A stretch of DNA of 64,000 nt. Source: Cyanobacteria bacterium P01_A01_bin.123 (GTDB lineage Bacteria > Cyanobacteriota > Cyanobacteriia > Phormidesmidales > Phormidesmidaceae). The stretch's first letter is position 1, and each line of letters starts with the position of its first letter. The position numbers and the translations under genes were made by a program. The stretch lies in the NCBI GenBank assembly GCA_039815185.1, contig JBCBZT010000004.1, positions 32,001 through 96,000 of the forward strand, given 5' to 3'. This document shows positions 31,639 to 41,500 of this stretch, one piece after another. Under the pieces are notes generated by a model. That model saw only the letters and a list, made by a program, of their open reading frames with translations. It was not told where the DNA came from and ran no database searches.

Positions 31639-32403
31639 TTATTGGGAAATGCCATCTGCAACGGGCTGACGCTGCACAATCAGCAAAGAAAAGTAAGACA
31701 GTTCTAAATCGGGTCGTTGGCTTAAATCAGCGTAGATCACCTGATCCTCCCTAGTGGCGTGTTCAACCACATAGCTATATGACAGCAAATCTAGTCGTTG
31801 CAACACTGACCAAACATCTGCATAGACGGAACTTACCTTGATTAAAACCAATACATCGGCCCAGGTGAGCACCGTTTCCAAATCGGTGACGGCATAAAGC
31901 GCCGGCACGATGGCCAGTCGCTGCCCCTGAATCGTTAAGGGAATACCCAATACGGCTGCTGCCGCCAGGGGTGAGCACACGCCAGGGATTGCCTCTACTC
32001 GAGCTTGGGGGTAGCGATGTTGTAGTGCCTGGGCCAGGTAGGTAAAGGTGGCATAAAAGCTGATGTCCCCTTCGCAGGCAAATACCACGTCTTGCCCGGT
32101 CGCCAGATAGGGCCAAACGGTGGCGGCAGCAGCATGCCATGCCTCGGCTAGGGTAGCGGTGTCACGCACATAGGGAAACGTGAGCGGCAGTTGAGTTTGT
32201 GCCGGAGACAGCCATTTGGCGATCGCCCGTTGAGCCACTCCCAATCGCCCTTTAATCCCAGCTGGAAATGCCACCACGGGTGCTGATTGTAGGTATCGCA
32301 GGGCTTTAACGGTAATCAACTCTGGGTCGCCAGGGCCAATGCCAATGCCAATCAAGGTTCCCCTAGCAACATTAGTCGCAGCATCAGTTAAAGCGTCAGG
32401 CAC
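31639..32403 (-). CDS. cobI: Precorrin-2 C20-methyltransferase
   Basis: GIGPGDPELITVKA, EGDISFYATF, IPGVCS and LSYFSL. Confidence 0.92.
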   Translation of the reverse strand: MPDALTDAATNVARGTLIGIGIGPGDPELITVKALRYLQSAPVVAFPAGIKGRLGVAQRAIAKWLSPAQTQLPLTFPYVRDTATLAEAWHAAAATVWPYLATGQDVVFACEGDISFYATFTYLAQALQHRYPQARVEAIPGVCSPLAAAAVLGIPLTIQGQRLAIVPALYAVTDLETVLTWADVLVLIKVSSVYADVWSVLQRLDLLSYSYVVEHATREDQVIYADLSQRPDLELSYFSLLIVQRQPVADGISQ

Positions 32404-32481
32404 GATGAGTTTTGTGCTGGGCGGAGCCAGAATCTCTAATAATGGAACAGTTGCTCTCTCTATTTAATCAGGCTCAGCGCT

Positions 32482-33180
32482 ATGCCCTTGCCCACGGTCA
32501 TTTTGCCAGGATACCTGGCCGGGTCTTCCCCCTATGGTGGCATGGAAGCCCACTTAAAAACTTTGGGGTATCCAGCGGTGACGGTACCCCTGACGCGCTG
32601 GACTTGGTTACCCACCTTGGGTGGACGCTCAATTACCCCAATTATTAAGTGCTTGGCCCAGACCATTGAACAAACCATGGCAAGCTATCAAGTCGATCGG
32701 GTTAATCTGGTGGGGCACTCAGCCGGGGGCTGGATTGGGCGGATCTATTTGGGCAATCGCGCCTATGACATTCACCCCCGCGATCGCGATGCCTCTGCAT
32801 GGAGTGGTCATCGCCATGTCGCCCGTCTGATCACGCTGGGAACCCCCCACACCAGCCAAGAACGCTGGACCCGCCGCAATCTCGATTTCGTCAACCAAAC
32901 CTATCCCGGTGCCTTTGAGTCAGATGTGACCTACTTCTGCGTAGCGGGTAAATCCGTCTACGGCAAACGCGACCTCAAAGGATGGTTCCCTTACAATAGC
33001 TATCTACTCACCAGCGGCCAAGGTAACTGCTGGGGAGACGGCATTACCCCGATTATTGCAGCCCATCTGGAAGGTGCGACCAACGTGACGCTACCGGATG
33101 TATACCATTCGCCCCAGCCAGGGGTGAGTTGGTACGGCACGCCCAAGGTGATCGAACAGTGGGCTGGCTTTTTGGGTTAG
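32482..33180 (+). CDS. Esterase/lipase (alpha/beta hydrolase)
   Basis: GHSAGG nucleophile elbow, TLGTPH, GDGITP and VYHS. Confidence 0.87.
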   Translation: MPLPTVILPGYLAGSSPYGGMEAHLKTLGYPAVTVPLTRWTWLPTLGGRSITPIIKCLAQTIEQTMASYQVDRVNLVGHSAGGWIGRIYLGNRAYDIHPRDRDASAWSGHRHVARLITLGTPHTSQERWTRRNLDFVNQTYPGAFESDVTYFCVAGKSVYGKRDLKGWFPYNSYLLTSGQGNCWGDGITPIIAAHLEGATNVTLPDVYHSPQPGVSWYGTPKVIEQWAGFLG

Positions 33181-33211
33181 CGCTTCGCCCAAGCCAGAAC
33201 CGATCGGTTTA

Positions 33212-33255
33212 TATCGCGCTGGCCAGCTTGCTTAATGCACCGAGTATCGCTGGTA
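33212..33255 (-). repeat. Right half of the 105-bp repeat (copy B)
   Basis: The reverse complement reads ataccagcgatactcggtgcattaagcaagctggccagcgcgata. Confidence 0.85.
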
Positions 33256-34557
33256 TTACTGCTTGGCCGAGGATCTGCGCCGCCTACCCCCACCCGTTTT
33301 CACCTGGGGCTGGGAGCGCCCTTGGCCGTGGCGTCGCGGTTGTGACCGTCCCTGACTGGGCCGTGTTCGTCCCTTGCCGTTGCGTCCATTTTGAATCGGT
33401 TCTGGTTGGATGCTAAGGTCCGGCTCGTAACCCTCTAGAACAATCTTGGGAATCTCGCGTTTCAACAGTCGTTCGATATCCCGCAACAGCTTATGCTCAT
33501 CCACACACACGAGGGAAACGGCTTGTCCCTCGTTGCCAGCGCGACCCGTGCGGCCAATCCGATGCACATAGTCTTCTGGCACATTGGGCAATTCGTAATT
33601 CACCACGTGGGGAAGCTGGGCAATATCTAAACCCCGGGCTGCAATATCGGTGGCAACCAACACCCGCACGCCGCCGCTCTTAAAGGCTGCCAAGGCTCGG
33701 GTGCGAGCCCCCTGACTCTTGTTGCCATGGATAGCAGCGGAACTCAGACCGTCCTTTTCTAGCTGCTGAGCTAAACGGTTAGCCCCGTGCTTGGTGCGCG
33801 TAAAGACCAACACCTGACGCCAGTTTTGGGAACCGATCATGTGGCTGAGCAATTCTCGCTTACGGCTTCTATCCACGGGGTGAACGACCTGATCGATCCC
33901 CTCTGCGGTGGCATTTTGGCGGGCGACCTCAATCAGCTCAGGACTGTTAAGCAACCGATCCGCTAACCGTTTAATGTCATCGGAGAATGTGGCAGAGAAA
34001 AGTAAATTTTGGCGATCGCCTCTTTCAGGCAGTAACGCCAGCACCTTACGGATGTCATGGATGAAGCCCATATCCAGCATGCGATCAGCTTCGTCCAGTA
34101 CCAGGATTTCGATTTGCGACAAATCCACCGTCTTCTGCCCTGCGTGATCGAGCAGCCGACCGGGTGTGGCCACCAGGATATCAACCCCCCGTTGCAGCTT
34201 TTGGATCTGTGGATTGATTTTGACACCGCCGAAAACCACTGCCGATTTCAGCGACAAGTGACGACCGTAGGTTTCCACACTGTCACCAACCTGGGCTGCC
34301 AACTCCCGAGTTGGAGTCAGTACTAGGGCTCGAATGGGTCGCCGCCCCTTCTTAATCGGTTTTACGCTCAGCCGCTGCAACATTGGCAGTGTGAAACCGG
34401 CCGTCTTGCCGGTGCCAGTTTGGGCACCCGCCATCACATCTTTACCTTCCAGAATCACAGGAATCGCTTGATGCTGGATCGGGGTGGGCTCACTGTAACC
34501 CTGCTCGTCGATGGCGCGCAGGAGTTCGGCCGAGAGGCCGAGGGTATCGAATGACAT
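33256..34557 (-). CDS. rhlE: DEAD-box RNA helicase, RhlE/CrhC type
   Basis: Q motif, [29 protein letters not shown] and a basic C-terminal tail. Confidence 0.93.
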   Translation of the reverse strand: MSFDTLGLSAELLRAIDEQGYSEPTPIQHQAIPVILEGKDVMAGAQTGTGKTAGFTLPMLQRLSVKPIKKGRRPIRALVLTPTRELAAQVGDSVETYGRHLSLKSAVVFGGVKINPQIQKLQRGVDILVATPGRLLDHAGQKTVDLSQIEILVLDEADRMLDMGFIHDIRKVLALLPERGDRQNLLFSATFSDDIKRLADRLLNSPELIEVARQNATAEGIDQVVHPVDRSRKRELLSHMIGSQNWRQVLVFTRTKHGANRLAQQLEKDGLSSAAIHGNKSQGARTRALAAFKSGGVRVLVATDIAARGLDIAQLPHVVNYELPNVPEDYVHRIGRTGRAGNEGQAVSLVCVDEHKLLRDIERLLKREIPKIVLEGYEPDLSIQPEPIQNGRNGKGRTRPSQGRSQPRRHGQGRSQPQVKTGGGRRRRSSAKQ

Positions 34558-34646
34558 TAGGGGTATTACTCCGGATTTGCCTTCTCGGTAGCAGCATTTG
34601 CAGACTGGAACCGATCTGGGCTGGATAAGTGAATTCTTTAGAGAGT

Positions 34647-34751
34647 TATAGCCGTAGCCACAAAGCTTGGTGCGCTACGGCGGGCCAGATTGCCTGTGTG
34701 TTGAGCATCCCAGCGATACTAGGTGCATTTAACAATCTTGCCAGCGCTATA
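34647..34751 (+). repeat. 105-bp dispersed structured repeat, full copy C
   Basis: TATAGC...GCTATA termini and hairpin gccgtagc/gctacggc. Confidence 0.88.
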
Positions 34752-34980
34752 TCTTATTAACTATTGCTTTATGCCAAACTCAAAACTCCATCCTATGTCA
34801 AAACCCTACTGCAAGAGAAATGACCTGTTGGTTTAAAGGCAATTCTCCCCGTTACAGTATTGGGAGCAGCTTCATTTCAATCCACCTGCTGGCTTTGGTT
34901 TCATCCCAACCCATGAATAAATCTGTGGGTGATAAGGGCAGATTTGCGGGGTGAGTGGCTGTTTTGAGCCTTGGGGTGAC

Positions 34981-35565
34981 TTATGAGGCAGCTCGATCAC
35001 CCGATCTGATTTTTTCGATGATGTCATCTGTATCGACAATAACCGCAAACTCATCGTGCAAGCTTGCTAAGGCAGTTGCATGGATTTCTTCTGATGTGTA
35101 GTGTTTACCGTCATAACTCGTTCGTTCAAAAGTGGCCGTTCCATCTGAGACTAAAAACACCCTAAACCCAAGATTGGCCGCCATCCGGATTGAGGTAGAA
35201 ACACAATGGTCGGTTGTTAAACCCACAACGACGAGTGAATCAATAGTGTTGTCTCGTAGATGCGATTCTAGGGATGTGCCAATGAAAGCACTATTAACCG
35301 TCTTTTGGAAAATGGGTTCATGGCTCAACGGTTTCACTTCAGATTTAAACTCGCAGCCAGGTTGATCCGCTCGCAACGGAGATTGTGGCGAAACTGATAA
35401 ATGCTGGATATGGATAACAGGGCGACCAGTTCCCCGCCAAATCTGTAAAAGCCGAGCCATATTGTTTTCTGCCTGGAGATTATTACGTTCTCCCCAAACG
35501 AAATCGTCGAATCCCTGTTGAACATCAATGAGCATTAACGCGGTATTTGAAGGAATATTTGCCAT
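34981..35565 (-). CDS. Isochorismatase-family cysteine hydrolase
   Basis: IDVQQGF, KTVNSAF and GLTTDHCVSTS (Asp-Lys-Cys triad). Confidence 0.9.
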   Translation of the reverse strand: MANIPSNTALMLIDVQQGFDDFVWGERNNLQAENNMARLLQIWRGTGRPVIHIQHLSVSPQSPLRADQPGCEFKSEVKPLSHEPIFQKTVNSAFIGTSLESHLRDNTIDSLVVVGLTTDHCVSTSIRMAANLGFRVFLVSDGTATFERTSYDGKHYTSEEIHATALASLHDEFAVIVDTDDIIEKIRSGDRAAS

Positions 35566-35772
35566 GATTTTCAATCCAACCCATAGGAACATGTAATCGT
35601 GTGAATTAGCTGGATCAACAACCTACGTAAAACCTGTAAGCTAGCATGGGAAAACCAGGCGACCCGTGGGCTGAAAATCGTCTATCGTTTCCATTGAATA
35701 TTATTTTTGCTGATCCTGCTTTATGATTAGCAACCCCAACTGTTTAAACCCACCTCGGAGTTTTGAGGTCAA

Positions 35773-36459
35773 ATGAAAACAGCTCCTCGTTCACTCGAAC
35801 AAACATTCATTGACAACATCCATCAAATTCTATTGTCGGGGCTAACCCTGGAAAGCCAAAATCATTTTGATCCAGTGGTTGTCCATCGGCTGCCGTCCCC
35901 TTGGCAGTTAGTGGGTGCAGGTAATTACGCCGCTGTCTTCTGCCATCCAGACTATGCTGATTACGTGGTCAAGGTCTACGCACCAAGACGTCCTGGTTGG
36001 TTAGATGAGGTTGCGGTTTATCAGCGGTTGGGGCAACATCCCGGATTTTCGACTTGTTTCCATGCCGAGCCCAATTTTTTAGTTCTCAAACGTTTAGAAG
36101 GCGTTACCCTTTATGACTGCTTAGCACAGGGCAAAAAGATTCCTAAGCAGGTGATTCAAGACGTTGATTGTGCATTAGCTGACGCTCGCGATCGCGGCCT
36201 AAACCCCCACGATATCCACGGTCGCAATGTCATGATGTACCACGGTAGAGGGCTAGTCGTCGATGTTTCGGACTTTCTCAAACCCGAAACTTGTACCGCC
36301 TGGAACGATCTTAGAAAAGCCTACTACTGGTTTTATCGACCCTTCCTAGCCCCTTTGAGTTTGCGAGTGCCTTACAGAGTACTGAACTGGGTTCGTAAGG
36401 GTTATCGCTGGTTTCGACGCATGCGGCGACGATGGTCAACAGGGCGAGCAATGCTATGA
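35773..36459 (+). CDS. Small Ser/Thr protein kinase-like protein
   Basis: VGAGNYAAVF Gly loop, VVKVY, PHDIHGRNV catalytic loop and VVDV. Confidence 0.82.
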   Translation: MKTAPRSLEQTFIDNIHQILLSGLTLESQNHFDPVVVHRLPSPWQLVGAGNYAAVFCHPDYADYVVKVYAPRRPGWLDEVAVYQRLGQHPGFSTCFHAEPNFLVLKRLEGVTLYDCLAQGKKIPKQVIQDVDCALADARDRGLNPHDIHGRNVMMYHGRGLVVDVSDFLKPETCTAWNDLRKAYYWFYRPFLAPLSLRVPYRVLNWVRKGYRWFRRMRRRWSTGRAML

Positions 36460-36526
36460 ACAGCCTGGTCAACGATCTCAGATCAAAGATCTAAAGTGGG
36501 GAGAGTTCTATCGAAGAAGGCCCACT

Positions 36527-36892
36527 ATGCGTCTTGCCTCCCTGCTGATGATCGTGCTTGTTAATATTGTTGTCTTTATCGGTGGCGTTGTTGTTGGGGT
36601 TACAGGCCTAATTGCTATTGAAGACTACCTCGGTGCCAAGGTTAGTGTCGCAGGTATCTTAATGTTAGAAACCAATGACGATCCGACTGCAAGCGCATTG
36701 CCCCCTAAGGGTTACTACGTTGAATCTAGCGGCGCTCAGCGACTATACATTGACACTGCGGAAGTAGACAGCGCTGCGTACCTCGATCGAACCATTCGGG
36801 CCTACGGCAAACTGGATACCATCTGCGGCCCAGATGGGTTGCCTTGTTATCCGGTGGTGACACAGGCCACCCTTGACGAAATCCCTCGTTAG
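36527..36892 (+). CDS. Hypothetical membrane-anchored protein
   Basis: Clean ORF with an RBS-like GAAGG, an N-terminal hydrophobic helix and a C-terminal Cys pair. Confidence 0.6.
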   Translation: MRLASLLMIVLVNIVVFIGGVVVGVTGLIAIEDYLGAKVSVAGILMLETNDDPTASALPPKGYYVESSGAQRLYIDTAEVDSAAYLDRTIRAYGKLDTICGPDGLPCYPVVTQATLDEIPR

Positions 36893-36951
36893 GAGTGATG
36901 CGGTGTCGGGACGTATCCACAAGCGATCGCTGTGTTTTGTGCCTCTAAGGG

Positions 36952-37395
36952 CTATGTCGATATCAACAGTTTTTTATTCTGGGGAGGAAAGATTTCAATA
37001 TTTTGGCTATTTTGAGTTGCGTCTGTAATCATCTGCCGACCTTGATGAATCGCTGCATAGATAGCCTCTTCATAACTGGTTCGCTCAAATGTCAATGTCC
37101 TTGACGGCCTGGGCTGGGTAATCAACCAACTAACCAGGCCTTGACGATGCAGAACGTTGATACCACGGACAATGCCAATGCAGCCTGGAACACCACACCC
37201 ACAAGTGATGATGTAGAACTGGCCATCCTGATGCATAGATTGAACTAATGCTGCCAAATCTACAGCGTAATAACTAAAGTCAGTGAACGCTTGACCATCC
37301 ACGAAAATTTCAAACGTCAGATTTGGAGGTTGAGTATCTTCCGCGCGACGCTCTCCCAACTTACAGAAGACTTTGAACTGATTGACTAAATCCAT
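36952..37395 (-). CDS. Hypothetical protein with CGCGxxGC motif
   Basis: ITCGCGVPGC. The start is set at ATG 37395 because the upstream part of the ORF is a palindromic repeat. Confidence 0.65.
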   Translation of the reverse strand: MDLVNQFKVFCKLGERRAEDTQPPNLTFEIFVDGQAFTDFSYYAVDLAALVQSMHQDGQFYIITCGCGVPGCIGIVRGINVLHRQGLVSWLITQPRPSRTLTFERTSYEEAIYAAIHQGRQMITDATQNSQNIEIFPPQNKKLLIST

Positions 37396-37417
37396 GTCTT
37401 CAAAAAGAGACTGATCA

Positions 37418-37504
37418 GATCCCCCTTTCCCCTTAAAAAAGGGGACAAGTCCAGTCTCAATCGGGATAGGCCCCTTTGCAAGGGGGCGGCGACAGCGGGG
37501 GATC
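37418..37504. repeat. REP-like palindromic element
   Basis: Outer inverted repeat gatccccc/gggggatc encloses two hairpins, ccccttaaaaaagggg and cccctttgcaagggg. This motif type is common in cyanobacterial intergenic DNA. Confidence 0.65.
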
Positions 37505-37526
37505 CTCAACAATAACAATCAGTACT

Positions 37527-38375
37527 CTAGAATTGGACGCTGCCAACAGTGTCGTACCAAACTGTACTGGCTGAGGTCAAGATTGCAGGCCACTGCGCGT
37601 CTGCCAAAGCAATATTGCCAGGGATATCAGCCGACCATTCTTCCTGTACGGCTAGGCTGTAGTTGAGATAGAGTTTGCCATCTTCAATCGTCCAAGCTTC
37701 AGGGACGGTTGACGCCAAATTGCCTTCACTCAACGCCTTAGCGCAATAGCCACCATACTGAGGGGCATAGGCTTCAGGATTGCTAGCAAACAGCTGCTTG
37801 TTTTCATTGCTAGAAAACTGCCAGGTCGCACCATTCCATTCGTATGTGTACGCGCTGCTGCCTTCAACCGGAGCACCTTCGGTAAAGTAAGCAACGGGAT
37901 CGTAGCCCCGAATCGCTAGACTATCGCCAGTTGCAGGGTCAGCATAAACCGCTGGAATCTCAGTCCCGACAATAGCAGCAGCACACGGGTCTGCGGCAGC
38001 AGCACACGGGTCAGCAGCGGCACATGGGTCAGCAGCGGCACACGGGTCAGCAGCACATGGGTTAGCAGCGGCGCAAGGGTCAACGGCAGCAGCACAAGGG
38101 TCAACGGCAGCGGCGCAAGGATCTACAGCAGCAGCACAGGGATCTACAGCAGCAGCACAGGGATCTACAGCGGCAGCACAAGGGTCAACGGCGGCTGCAC
38201 AGGGATCAGCAGCAGCACAGGGGTCAACGGCTGCACAGGGATCAGCAGCAGCACAAGGATCAACCGCAGCAGCACAGGGATCAGCACTGACAGGTTGCAT
38301 GTGAGTGAAGGTACCCACAGCAGTCAAACCTACAATAGAGGCAACAACAAGTGCGGAAAAATATTTGACTTTCAT
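37527..38375 (-). CDS. Secreted YHS-domain protein with N-terminal Cys-rich repeats
   Basis: Signal peptide, 16 (D/N)PCAA(A/V) units, then AIRGYDPVAYF..FSS..N...F..NPEAYAPQYGGYCA (YHS domain family). Confidence 0.88.
   Translation of the reverse strand: MKVKYFSALVVASIVGLTAVGTFTHMQPVSADPCAAAVDPCAAADPCAAVDPCAAADPCAAAVDPCAAAVDPCAAAVDPCAAAVDPCAAAVDPCAAAVDPCAAANPCAADPCAAADPCAAADPCAAAADPCAAAIVGTEIPAVYADPATGDSLAIRGYDPVAYFTEGAPVEGSSAYTYEWNGATWQFSSNENKQLFASNPEAYAPQYGGYCAKALSEGNLASTVPEAWTIEDGKLYLNYSLAVQEEWSADIPGNIALADAQWPAILTSASTVWYDTVGSVQF
37974..38282 (-). repeat. Coding tandem repeat, 16 units of 15-21 bp (DPCAAA[V])
   Basis: 309 nt, 103 aa, counted unit by unit. Units differ at synonymous positions. 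Confidence 0.95.
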
Positions 38376-38547
38376 AGGATAGTTAGTTGCAAAGCTAAGA
38401 GGATTAGGAAGTTTCGAAACTTGAAAATCGAGTCGTGTTTTCTCAAAACACAGCTGAAGCTATAGTGACATCTCTCCATTCACCAACATGAGTAATGGAT
38501 AAGAAGGCATTTAGAAACCCATTAATTCAGTAGATCGCTGGGGCAAA

Positions 38548-41500
38548 TTACTGGCCATAAAGCTGGTGAAATAATCCAGGACTTTCGGTATCACCCACTA
38601 CCAGATCACGAAGCAAATCATAATGCCAAGACTTTAAAACCTGTGCACTCTGGATAGCAATGATGTGTAGTTTGCTAACCTGATCAACTTGGCTAGCCGC
38701 TTCTAAGGCAGATTGAGCCATCCAGTCTGCAAGGGGATGTTCCCACTGCTGCAAAAACTGATCAATCAGATCGCGATCGCCCCCATTGCCGCCCACCTGA
38801 CCATAAAGCTGTTTTCCACCCACAGGTTTAATCGATTTGAGCGCACTATCCTTGAGCGATCGCCACTGATCTGCCAACAATGGTGGCAACATCCCCAAGG
38901 TGTATTTCTTTGCAGGACTCAGAGACAACCCACCGACTTCTGGGCCACTGTGGGTCAGCGAAAAGTCATACAGGCTTTCAAAAAAGGGCTGAATCACTTC
39001 CCGCTCTACGACAAAGCCGAGATGTAAGCCCGCCTCAGAAAAATCTGCCAAATCCACGTTGCCCCCGCCCAAGCGCAGCAGCTCAGCCTGTTTGTAGGCG
39101 CGGTAGCAGTCTTTTTGACTGGCAGACTGGAGGCAATACCAAACGCGATCGCCCAATGCCTGCCGTACCGCACGCTTAATTGCCTTGGGGTCAATCTGCG
39201 CTGCGCTTTCACTGAGTTGGGACTGGAGGGTCGCGATGTGAGCTTCTTGATCTTGAATCGCAGAGGTTTGTTGTTGCAGGTCGCTCTGCAATGATTGGTA
39301 AGCTTGCTGCTGTTCAGTGGAGAGTTGATTATTTTTTTGCTTTAGTAGGGCCACTTGCTGAGTTAGGGTTTCAATCTGGCTGTCTTTTTCACTCAGCAGT
39401 TCATCTTTTTCCAGCAATAGCTGAGTCTTTTGGTGCAGTTCCAGCGCGCTCAGGCCGGCTCGCAGCAGGTTGAAGTAAAACGGGTCAGCTAAATCTACCG
39501 ATCGAGAGTCACCATTGGGCGTATGCAATGTGCCTTGACGCGTGGCAAGCTGCACCGTAATGCGATCGCCACCAGTATTTTGAATCGTCAACTCGCGGCC
39601 CTGCTGGGTTTGATAGGTGGCACACCCATATCGCCGCTTGCTGTAGTAGAACTCTGCGCGGGTTAGGAGTTGCCCGGTCGTTGGGGGGGGAGTGGGGGAG
39701 TGGGGGCTCGCCCTGAGCGAAGTCGAAGGGAGTGGGGGAGGAGTGGAGTTGGCAAGGAGCGGTTGGGGCGAGGTAGGTGTTTCAGAATCACTGCTGTTAA
39801 CTTTAGGAATATCGGGTTCGGCAACGGGTTCGGCAACTTTGAGTAAAGGCCGAGGGGGCTTCTGCTGGGTGGGTTCTTTAACGCCGATTAGCTCTAGCTC
39901 GACGTTTCTTTCCCCTTTCCATTCGTTCAACTTGAGCTTGTAGGCAATGTCTACCTGGTTCGGCAGAGGATAGTAGTCGCCCCAACGCCAAGCGATCGCT
40001 TTCATCGTTGCTGCCAAACTGCCGCCGCCGTGGGCAGCTTGACCGAGGGTGAGTTTGAGATGCGATCGCGTTTTGCCCACCGTTTGCTGCTCTAAAATCC
40101 GCACATTGGGGGTCCAAAACACCGGGTCAGGATTATCAATGCCGCAGGGGTGGAGTCGGTCGATTTGAGTGTACAAATCAAGGGTAAGCTGGGCTAGATT
40201 GGCCTGCACATCGACAGTAATTAGGGGTTTGAGATGCTCTAGTTCAAGCTGTTTGCGGGCAAAATTGCTCAACCGTGACTTCACCTGGCGCAGATTCTTC
40301 GCGGGGAACGAGAAGCCGCCTGCTGCCCGGTGACCGCCAAATTTGTTCATCAGATCATGACAGCTTTGCAGGGCATCGAAGACGTTGAACTCAGGGATGC
40401 TCCGGGCGGAACCGCGAATTTCTTTTTGGTCTTTGTCTTCGTAGGTGCCAATGAAGACGGGGACGCCATAGCGTTCTACCAGCCGAGACGCCACAATGCC
40501 AATCACCCCATGATGCCAATCGGGTTGCACCAGCACCAGCACTCGGGTTTCTACTAAATCGAGGCGGCCTGCGGCTTGTTCGGCCTCACACCAGGCGATC
40601 GCAGCTTCTTCAATCTGGCTGCACATGGCCTGACGCATTTGATTGGCTTCTTCGCACTGCATGGCCCGCTGCAAAGCCACACCCACATCGTCGGTGGTGA
40701 GCATATCAATCACAATCTGCGGATCGGCGATTCGCCCCACCGCGTTGATTCGGGGCCCCAAGCGAAAACCAATGGCCTCGGGTTTGAGTTCCCCCTGTTG
40801 GTTGCTTAACCCCGCCACCTGAATCAAGGCTTGTATACCGGGAAGGCGCGATCGCGGCAATAGCCCCAACCCCCGTCTCACCCAGCGCCGATTCACCCCA
40901 GTCAGCGGTGCCAAATCAGCAATCGTCCCCAGGGTAAATAGCTCCAGCAGTGGCGCGGTCAAATCCTGAGTGCGACGCAACGCCTGAGCCAAACAGATCG
41001 CCAAAATATAGGCTACTCCGACCCCAGCGACTCCCCGATAAGGCGATTCTGGTCGAATTAACTTAGGATTCAAAATGGCATTCGCTGGAGGAATCCGGGG
41101 CGGAACGTCGTGGTGATCGGTCACGATTACGGCCAAGCCTAATTCCCGAGCCCGAGCAATCGGATCAAACGCTGCAATGCCGTTGTCCACCGTGAGAATC
41201 AGACCCACCCCATCCCGGTGAAAATCTTCCACAATCCGGGTGTTGATACCGTAGCCTTCTTGCATGCGACTGGGGATGGCATAGTCTACCCGTGCCCCCA
41301 AAAAACGCAGTGCCCGCAGCAGCAGGGCCGTACTGGTCATGCCGTCGGCATCATAATCTCCACAAATGGCAATCTTTTGTTGGGTGGCAATGGTATTGAC
41401 CAGCAGTTCCAACGCCATCGGCAAATCGGGGAAGTCTTCTAGGGGCGAGGGCAGTTGCAGTTGCTCAGGCTCCATAAATTCCACCGCTGCGGGCGTTTGA

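Noticed and set aside
37974..38282. Regular short repeats that might be a CRISPR array
   Set aside because: The units are contiguous, in-frame coding repeats without unique spacers, and no cas genes are present in the window.
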